From Selaginella moellendorffii (taxonomy: Eukaryota > Plantae > Lycopodiophyta), in contig NW_003314279.1 of the NCBI RefSeq assembly GCF_000143415.4, positions 1,627,987 through 1,691,986 of the forward strand: 64,000 nucleotides of DNA. The letters are read 5' to 3'. Position numbers and translations under genes: made by a program. The notes under the pieces were generated by a model, which saw nothing but the letters and a program-made list of their open reading frames with translations, was not told where the DNA came from and made no database searches. Positions within the stretch are counted from its first letter, which is position 1, and each line of letters starts with the position of its first letter. Shown here piece after piece: positions 55,501 to 64,000 of the stretch.

Positions 55501-55610
55501 ATGTTGTGCATGGTTGGATGCGGAAGCAGAGTGCCACCATCACCTTGCCAGACCATGCAAGAGATGCAGCAAGAGCATTCATAACCCGGGTTCAAGGTGA
55601 GATTCATTAA
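52534..55610 (+). pseudogene. DDE/DDD transposase (Sola-like), inactivated
   Basis: CCKRRCC, VCMKGWRIIYG, FSKCDEC, IIHDKMDQ, LLLQTDNAGSENKN, GFLMVGHTHEDVDAMFS. Frameshift near 53810-53850, TAG near 53892 and TAG at 54858-54860. Confidence 0.85.
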
Positions 55611-57241
55611 TATTCCTTTACTAAGTTTCTAATGTATTTTATTTCAAGGTGAACAATCCGAATCTGAATCAGAGGAGGCGTGATGGCATGTGGCCTTACG
55701 CCATTCCTAGGTGAGATGATACAAATAACAAGTATAAATTCTTAGTTGTTCTAGCAAATCTTACTTAAAGTTCAAGGTGAACAAGCCGAATATGAATTCA
55801 TCGGATTGTTATAACAAATTGCGAGGTGATGGTATGAGGCGATACGCCATTTGAGAGTGGTAGCCATTCCTATATGAGGTGAGTGAAATATTTATTAGAA
55901 ATACCTCATTCAATTGTGCACTTCTAAGTCTTGGTCCACTCAATACTGTTTGCATGTTTCTATTTTAATTCTTTCTCTAAAATGTTATTTAGCATGTGGC
56001 TTCATGCCATTGCTCTCCACAATCATGCATTGAATTTTTCTATCCTTGCATAATACTTCTCCATATATATAGCATGTGCGCACATGTGATATGGTTCATT
56101 AGGCCTGATATAGTGTGTGAGGTAAAACAAAGATGATGTGACATATGCATTTACCAATCACACGTGCATAAATCTAATAATATGGCATGTGGCCCATATT
56201 AATGGCACATAAACCCATATTGTGGGCTTACGTGCTTTATGTACCATCATTCCCTTGCAGCGTGTGTGTTGGTTTCCTTGTATAACACAACGAACTCCAT
56301 ATTTTAGGGTGAAGAGCGTTCTCATGGCAAGCACAAAATCTGTAAGTGAGGCAGAAAAGGAGACAGAGAAGGAGATAGGTGAAGATGTAGAATATATAAG
56401 TCTTCCAAACTCCCCGTACTATACTCCAGGTGATCATTTTTCTGAACAAATGGCAACATTAACAACTATCGAGAACGCCCTAGTAACGTCAAAGACAACA
56501 ATCCAAAGCAAAACAACTGACCCAGAGAAGGATGATAGTACCGCTGAGAGTACCAAAAAGGAGGTGTCCACTAGCGCTTAGGCTTATAATAGCGTGTGCC
56601 CTCATGCCATTTACTTGATCACCAAATACCTTTTTCCCTTTGCATTAGTATATCTTAATACCGGTCTGAGAAATAGAATGGCATGTGCCCTCAGGCCTTT
56701 TACTAAATCACCTTTGAAAGAAATGCAAGCCTTTATGTCGTAAAAAAAAGGTACTAGAGAAATTCCTTAATAATATGAATGTTATTTAGTTTCATGAAAA
56801 TACACTAAGGGTCAAATGAGTTAAATGACTTCTCCAGACTAGCAATGCCTCTTGCTACACCTTCACAATTAGATTCGTTAGAAAAAGATAACATTGAATA
56901 ATATCTAAATGTTCTCACCATTAAGTTATATGTCTGGCTAATAGGAATAACGTTCATCTTGGAAAGCTCACCATACGCTCAATGAACAAACAAATAGTGT
57001 GTGCGCACATGCCATCGCTCTTCTTTAGCTTCAGATTCGGCTTGTTCACCTTGACAATGAGATTTATTATACAACCAGATGGACACAGTCTGGACATAAA
57101 GTCACCGCGCTAGTCACCATGCCCCAGATATGTCTAGCCCCTGGACAAAAAACATATAATTTCACGTCATTTTCAAATACTTGAAAATTTGTACCTAGTC
57201 CCATTTTACTGAATAAATCCCACTTTAACGAAATAGAGCTT

Positions 57242-60200
57242 TCTTGTGCTAGACCATCGTTCTCATATGCAGTCCACACATCATCCCAAAAGGTAGCTGT
57301 CGCGTTGGATATTGCCAACCTCAAGCTCACTTTTCGACTTAGCGCATCTGCCATGATGTTGCTCTTCCCAGGCTTGTACAGAATCTCGCAATCAAACTCG
57401 GCCAAAGCATTGGCCCACCGACCTTGTTTTCCCCTCAGGTCGGGCTGTGACAAGAAGTGTTTCGTTGCCACATTGTCCGTGTAAACCTTGAAGTGTCTTC
57501 CAAGGTAGTGTCGCCACTCCTTGAGTGCCTTGACCACCACAAACAATTCCTTCTCATGGGCAAGCCACTTCCTTTGAGCCTTGTCCAACTTCTTCCAGAA
57601 GAACGCTACTGGATGGTTGTCTTGCTTCAAAACTGCGCCTAACGCAAAGTCTAAAGCATCCGTTTCTACCTCAAAGTCCTTACCAAAGTCTGGTAACGCC
57701 AACACGGGAGCCTTCTTCAACTTCCCCTTGAGGTGGACGAATGCTGACTCGCATTTTGCTGTCCATACCATCTTCCCTTTTCCCGTTTGGTCCGTTAAGG
57801 GCAAGGTTACTCTCGAATAGTGTCTGATAAACTTTCGATAGTAATTGCATAGCCCCAAGAATGCCCTTCACTCGTGTACATTCGATGGTCGCTCCCAATC
57901 CTGGATCGCTTGGACCTTCTCAGGGTCCACCTTGAGCCCGTCCTTGCCCACCACGTGCCCGAGAAACTTTACCTCTTGCTGAGCAAAGTCACATTTGCTC
58001 TCTTTAGCATACAGCTGGTGTTCCCTTAATTTCTCAAACACCTTCATCAAGTGTTTGGCATGCTCTTCTAGTGTTTCGCTATAGATTAGGATGTCATCAA
58101 TATAGACGACCACAAAGTGTTCTAGATAGGGTACAAAGATATGGTTCATCAACGCCGAAAATGTTGCCGGCGCATTGCATAGCCCGAAGGGCATCACCAA
58201 AAACTCGAAGCTCCCATACCTCGTTCGACAGGTTGTCTTCTCGACATCTTCCTCTGCTACTCTGATCTGGTAGTATCCTGACCTTAGGTCAATCCTCGAG
58301 AAGTATTTTGCCTTTCCCAACCTATCAAACAGGTCCTCAATCCTTGGCAAAGGGTACTTGTTCTTCTTTGTATATTTGTTGAACAACCGGTAGTCTATGC
58401 ACATACGCATAGATCCATCTTTCTTTTTCACAAATAGCACCGGCGCCCCATACGGCAATTTGCTCAACCTAACATACCCTTTGTCCACCAACTCCTCTAG
58501 TTGGCGCTTGAGCTTCGCGAGTTCTTTTTTGTTCAAACGATAGGGTGGACGAACCACTGCCTCAGCACCCTCGACTAGCACAATCTTATGTTCTATTGGT
58601 CGTGCGGGGGGCAACCCCGCCGGTAGCTCCTCCGGCATGGTATCCCGGAATTGGTCCAACACCCGCTGGATCACTAAAGGTACTTCTTCCGTTCCTGTCT
58701 TTTTGTCACTTCTCACCGAGAGTAAGCACAAAAATGCAGCCTTTGTCCCTTTAGTGAGTTGTCCTCTCGTGGACACAAGGTTTAGGCACGAATCTTTGGC
58801 TTTGCATTGCCCTAACTTTAGATCCTGGGCCTCCACCCTGGATCTTCTTCCTTGGGCATTTGCTAGTACCACAAGGTTCCTACCTTGTTCATGCAGGGCT
58901 ACCACGAACCGATTGAACCAATCCATCCCGAAGATCATGTCAAATCCCGCCATGTCCAACACAGTGAAATCCATGTCTACTTTCCAAGTCCCTACTTCGA
59001 CTCTCGCTTGTCAAAGTAACTCATTGGTGCTTTGGCTACCTTGAACAAACTCTATAGTCCTTGGTTCGCCCAACCGCTGCACCGTTAGTCCGGCTTGCTG
59101 GACTATGTCTGCAGCCACAAAATTATCCGAAGCACCCGTGTCAATAAGGATCTTAACAAAGCTACCTTCGAGCTTCCCTCAGAGGGCTAGTAGATGTCGC
59201 AAACGACTCTCTACCAAAGTTGCTCATGTAATAAGTAGCTTTGATCTAGGGACTGGATCACATACCTCATTTTGGACTTCACCCGACTTGATGGCCATAT
59301 TGGCTCTGGCCTTCTTCGGGTAGGGACATTCCCTCGAAAAGTGTCCGCTTCACTGCAGTTGTAGCATATGTTGTTTCCTACGCTGCTAAACGACTTGACC
59401 TTTTTATCCGTGGGTTTGTCTCTTTTTGCTTGACTCCCCCATGTACTTGCTCGCTGGCCACCGGATTTGCCTTTCCGGAACCCCGAGGACTCATTCTTAG
59501 ATAAACTCTTCTTGAATTTCCCCTTGCTATATGTTCCCCTCGGTTTGGCCCCTTTGTGAAACGTGGACCCCGACCCCGTGGCGTTCCCTTTTCGCAGGTT
59601 ATCGTTGAAATGCATCACCTCACCGCGAGCCCAGGTTTGCAAACCTGATATGAAGGCATGGAACGCATCCATATCCCCCATGTCCGTGACAAGTATCCTC
59701 TTTGCCATGAACCCATTCACATACTCCTAGATGGTTCCAGTCTACTTTAGCCTACTCAGCTCATCTCTTAGATGCAGAGTGGCATTCGGAGGAACGTATG
59801 TTGTGCGGATCCTCGCCTTCATCATGTCCCAAGTGGCCACCGATCCTTCGTTGGCCTTCGTTGTTCTCCACCAAGACTTGGCATTATCTGCCAAGTATGG
59901 TTTTGCACATGGGACCTTCTCCGAGCTCGGTAATCGCAACGCTCGGAAGTAGTCCTTCATATCGTAAAACCAATCCTCCACCACCTTATAGTCATTCACT
60001 CCCTTGAAGACCGGTGGGGGCTTTGGTTTGTACTTAGGAACTGCCTGAGGGACTGATTCTACTTCGGTCTGTTCGACCTTGTTTGGTTCTGCCTCAGTCC
60101 CTACTGAAGGGTCTGCACCTTTTGCGCTGCCAGCATCCGCAGTCTTTCGCTTTTTCTTCCGCTTCTCGTCACGCTTTAGTTTGCGTACTAGAGTCTCTAG

Positions 60201-60413
60201 CAGGGCATTGGTCTGTGCCAACTGTCCTTCTAGAACATTCAATCGAGCCTTGGACAACCGAACCTCGCCACCAGACTCCTGCTTGGAAGTTTCCTCACTG
60301 GAGTCATCCTCATGCAAGGATTCCTCATCCATAGCCTCTTGTTTGACCGGAGGCTCCAGCTCTGGCGGAGGTTTCGTCTCCGCCTTGGTTCGTTTGTGCC
60401 CCACCTTTGCCAT
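57242..60413 (-). pseudogene. Element B gag-PR-RT-RNase H
   Basis: KPPPVFKG...EDWFYDM gag, CYNC knuckle, [73 protein letters not shown]. Contains stops and frameshifts. Confidence 0.93.
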
Positions 60414-61188
60414 CTCCCAGCAATCCGCCTCTATCCTTCGCTAGAACTGAGGAAAAGGCTTCGATACCAAATTGTAAGCCACAAATTTTTCCTTTCCACT
60501 TTGCCAGCTTACCTCGTCTATCCGTCCAACACTGCTTTGGCTTTTGCTAAGTTCCCTTGCCAAGGTTCTTGCCTATGGTACCAGCTCCTACTTGGTTTCA
60601 GCTACTCACTGCACGAGCAACGGAGTGTTAGCCATCCATCCACGGATTCCCAAATCACTCCCAATCCCCCTCCCCGGGTTAGACTGAACTTAAGGTTCGG
60701 CTACACTCCCCGCAAGCACAAGCAGCCAAGCACACCAAGCTTCCAGGTTCCTAACATCTTGGTACCACAAGACTTGATCATGGGACCCTCTAAATCCCAA
60801 GTCTTGAGTGCAACACTTGCTTCGAGACGCCGGGGTGAAACACCGTGGCCTAGTGGCCCGGTATGGGTACCTCTACCCCCCCACTTCCATCCCGAAGGAA
60901 GGCCCAAGCCCCTAGGAAGGGCAAGGACCAATGAGCCGCATGGTACTCAAGTGGGGCACCACTCCACATGAGCCGGGAGCACCGCAATTGGTTTCCCTTT
61001 CGGGAGTGGGAGCTGCTCTTGAGCACTTCCTTGGATGGCCCCTCCGGCACCAACCAAGTCCATGCTCACTCCCACCCAAGGCCCCTCGGTCCCAGTCTCA
61101 ACCTCAAGTCGGTTTGGAAGCCCCATTGGAGAGTCCCTTCAAAACTGGTTCCTGGACCTCACTATCCCTACTATACTTTTGGAACCCC

Positions 61189-64000
61189 TGTGAGACACAA
61201 AATCCCTAGGCCCCAAAGTGGAGCCGGAAGGGCACCACGTGGTAGTGGCCGAAGCGAAATCCAAATGAGCGTAACACGTTTGGACCGAAAGCTCCGACTT
61301 GAAAAGTCAAGAGCGGGAGTGGAACTCCCAACGAAGGGCTCAAGGAATGAGCATGAAGCGAGCCATAGGCGAGGCTCCAAAAAGGGACCCGAAAGGACCA
61401 ACACATGACACGTGGAAGTGTCTGAGATGGAGTCCGAGGCGGACCCGAGATGGAGTCCGAGATGGACACGAAGTGAAGTCCGATATGGAGTCCGAGATGG
61501 GACCCGAAGTGGAGTCCGATATGGAGTCCGAGATGGAGTCCGAGATGGACCCGAGATGGAGTCCGAGATGGAGTCCGAGATGGACCGAGATGGAGTCCGA
61601 GATGGACCCGAGATGGAGTCCGAGATGGACCCGAGATGGAGGCCGAGATGGAGTCCGAGATGGACCCGAGATGGAGTCTGAGATGGAGTCCGAGATGGAG
61701 TCCGAGATGGACCCGAGATGGAGTCCGAGATGGACCCGAGACCGAGGCCGAAGCCGAGACCGAGACCGAGTCTGAGTCCGAAACCCGGACTGAGACCGAG
61801 TCCGAGTCCGAGTTCGAGCCCGAGTCCGAGTCTGAATACTAATACAGGCAGTTGGGTGAAAGCCCAAAGCGATCGTCCCCCAGGGGGGGGGCTGTGGGGG
61901 GTTCCAAAAGTATAGTAGGGAGAGTGTGGGGGTTGGAGCCCAGTGGAGCCAATTTGGCCAGGAAAGGCTAGTTTGGCCCAGGAAGGGCCAGTTGGGCCTA
62001 GGAAGGCCAGACCCAGTGTTGGGTGATGAGCTGACCACTGGGAAGTCCAAGACTAGAGTGAACATGGACCGACAAGCGGGGTAGCTTGGTGAAGTGTTCA
62101 AGAGCCGGCTCTAGTTCTTCTGGGAGATCGACTGGCCGATGCTCCCAGTCCAAGTGTGGGTGGCACTACCTACTTGGATACCAGGCGTGGCTCAACGGAA
62201 CCTCGCTCTAAGCCCATGGCTAGAGCACCCAAGGGCAGAAGGCGATGAGAGTACCCAGGTGGCTCGCGTAAGGCCACGGTGTTCCGAAATGTTGCCCCAA
62301 AGGCCCAGACTGTGGAAAGGAAGAGGAGCAGTCCTCTGGGGTAGTGACCAAGGACACAGTCGTGTGGTGAGGAAGTCCCAGAGGACCGTGGGACTTAGTG
62401 GTCGGGCCTGTGGGTCTCGATCAAGTGGCAGTGTTGGCAAACACGGCCAGGGGCAGAAAGGGACTTAGTGGGGACTGACAGAGGGATATTGGGGAAGGCT
62501 ATTCCCCTTGTCGGTGGGCATCCTAAGGATGCTAAGGAGTGGATCTCAGATGACCACTCACGGATGGTTTGCCTAGTCTTGGAGAGCCAAGACTGTGATG
62601 CAAGTGGTAGACTACCAGTGTGGCAAAGGTGATTGGGCATGGCCTTAGCATAACGGGCTGCCATGTCGGTGGTACCTTTGAGTGTCGGTCATGGGATCGG
62701 ACACGTGGAGCACTTGGACCAAGTGCAAATGTTGAGTGGCATGGATGCCATTCTCGGGGCTAGCAAGTCCCAAGTCCTGGATTGGACTTATGGAGGTTGT
62801 GAATGAGACTCCTCCAAGTGGTCGGAGGTGTGGTTAAGTGACTAAAGTAGAATGGAAAATTTAGTCGCTTACAACTTGGTATCAGAGCTGTTCCTTAGTC
62901 TGACTTTTATTGGTGCTCAAGTATATCACCATTGATGTTGGCATCAGAAGGTCCTAGGAGTGGGCCTATCCTTGAGGAGTAGCATGTCGAGAGGACATGG
63001 CTCTCCACTCAAGTTCATGCGTGAACTTGGGCACAATGTGGTGGATAGAAAAGGGGCCAATAATGGAACGACTTTGGGATCTTGGGAATAGTGCAACGTT
63101 TTCCTCATTGAGTTGAGGAGGTGATCCAGATGAGCGTTTGACTCAGCAAACGGGCTAATGTAGTTGGGGTAAACAACTATAGTTGGGATCACGGGGAAGA
63201 TAGAGACTCCAAAAACAATAAAGGAGTCACAAGTTTATCCTCGCATGGTGGAGGCTGGTGCTCATGAAGGTGAGACCGGAATGGATGACCGTGAGAGGTC
63301 AAGTATGGATGAGGACACGAGTCCTCGAAATGGTAGCCAGGGCTACCTCTAATAAATGCTGGAACAACCCAAGGAGTTGGGGGTGTATTAAGTGGATGAG
63401 TTGGTATTCTCATCACATGGACAAGTAGTCCTAAGGGGCAAAGGTTGCCCCCAGAGAACAAAATCAAGTGTCGGAGTAACACTTGTGAAAATAGTCCTTT
63501 TGAGTAGGACAGGAATGCAGGAAGTGTATTCCAGTGAGCTAGTGCCTCACAAATAGGACCTTACGAGTCTGTGGATTAACCAAGTCCAAAACTACTGGAT
63601 GACTCAAGTAAAGTCAAGAGATGGTCCTAAAAGGACTGATGGAAGCATTTGGACTGAAGTGTGTTGTACCCCACAAAGGATGGGGGGGGGATCATAGGAT
63701 CCAAGGATGAGAACAGAGGGTATCTCATCGATGGCAAAATGGGCCATGCTAAAGTCGTGGGAAAGGTGTTCCCAAAAAGAAAATAACTTTGACACAAAGT
63801 TGTGTGTGACCTCTATGATGCAGTGCTAACGAATGGTTGGCATGAGAAAGAGTGGTATTGGTCTTGGCAAAGACTTAGACACAAAGAAGAAGTGTCATAG
63901 AGGTAGGCTCGTGGAGCCGATGGTGTGGAGACACCAAATGTGCCAAGATGTGATACCTTGGGGCTATGTTGGTGGGTTCATGAGAACCCCTTGCCAAAGG
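61189..64000 (+). mobile_element. Family A element, copy A3: 5' LTR (61189-62873), PBS (62877-62888) and internal region running out of the window
   Basis: TGTGAGAC...GCTTACA followed by TGGTATCAGAGC. It interrupts the 5' LTR of B after ACCCC. Confidence 0.92.

Larger units (their letters stand above)
43496..57241. mobile_element. 13.7-kb cut-and-paste DNA transposon (tentatively Sola-like) with 24-bp TIRs and a 4-bp TSD
   Basis: TIR AAGCTCTATTTCGTTAAAGTGGGA at 43496 and its perfect reverse complement ending at 57241. TCTT flanks both sides. Removing the element and one TSD restores B pol in frame (GLAQEVFLRNLE). Confidence 0.95.
40441..61188 (-). mobile_element. Ty3/gypsy chromovirus B (gag-PR-RT-RH-INT-chromodomain), interrupted by a DNA transposon and by A3
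   Basis: 3' LTR from 40441 into the gap and 5' LTR from 60473; the two are near-identical where readable. PBS TGGTATCGAAGC at 60458-60469. Gag 60413-59211, PR LIDTGAS, RT VVVYIDD, RH ETDA...ADALSR, INT 43490-42260, chromodomain EEYEVKAIL...FYVKWKGF...WEPEENL. Confidence 0.95.

Overview
Eukaryotic land-plant nuclear DNA. The uniformly tiny (about 40-70 nt) GT-AG introns suggest a compact genome such as the lycophyte Selaginella (inference). There are four N gaps. The left third holds an intronless LamG/ConA-like domain ORF, a secreted protein with a bulb-type lectin domain, an AT-rich tract with a foldback, a non-coding LTR element (family A), an FtsH4 pseudogene, a full-size ABCG/PDR transporter gene and an ELP3 pseudogene. 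The right two thirds are nested mobile DNA: a decayed Ty3/gypsy (C) carrying a Cassandra-type 5S TRIM, a second Cassandra, and a gag-PR relic (D). Family A inserted into D, a chromodomain Ty3/gypsy (B) inserted into A, and B in turn received a 13.7-kb TIR DNA transposon and another A copy. Two signals stand out. (1) The DNA transposon carries, besides a Sola-like DDE transposase, a spliced ~1,640-aa cargo gene (ParB-like, degenerate methyltransferase-like and FCP1/NIF phosphatase-like domains) plus about 25 dispersed copies of a 22-bp palindrome, many inside its introns. (2) Two different LTR retrotransposon families have spliceosomal-type introns that must be removed to restore their pol reading frames. 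All domain calls are motif recognition by eye; no searches were run.
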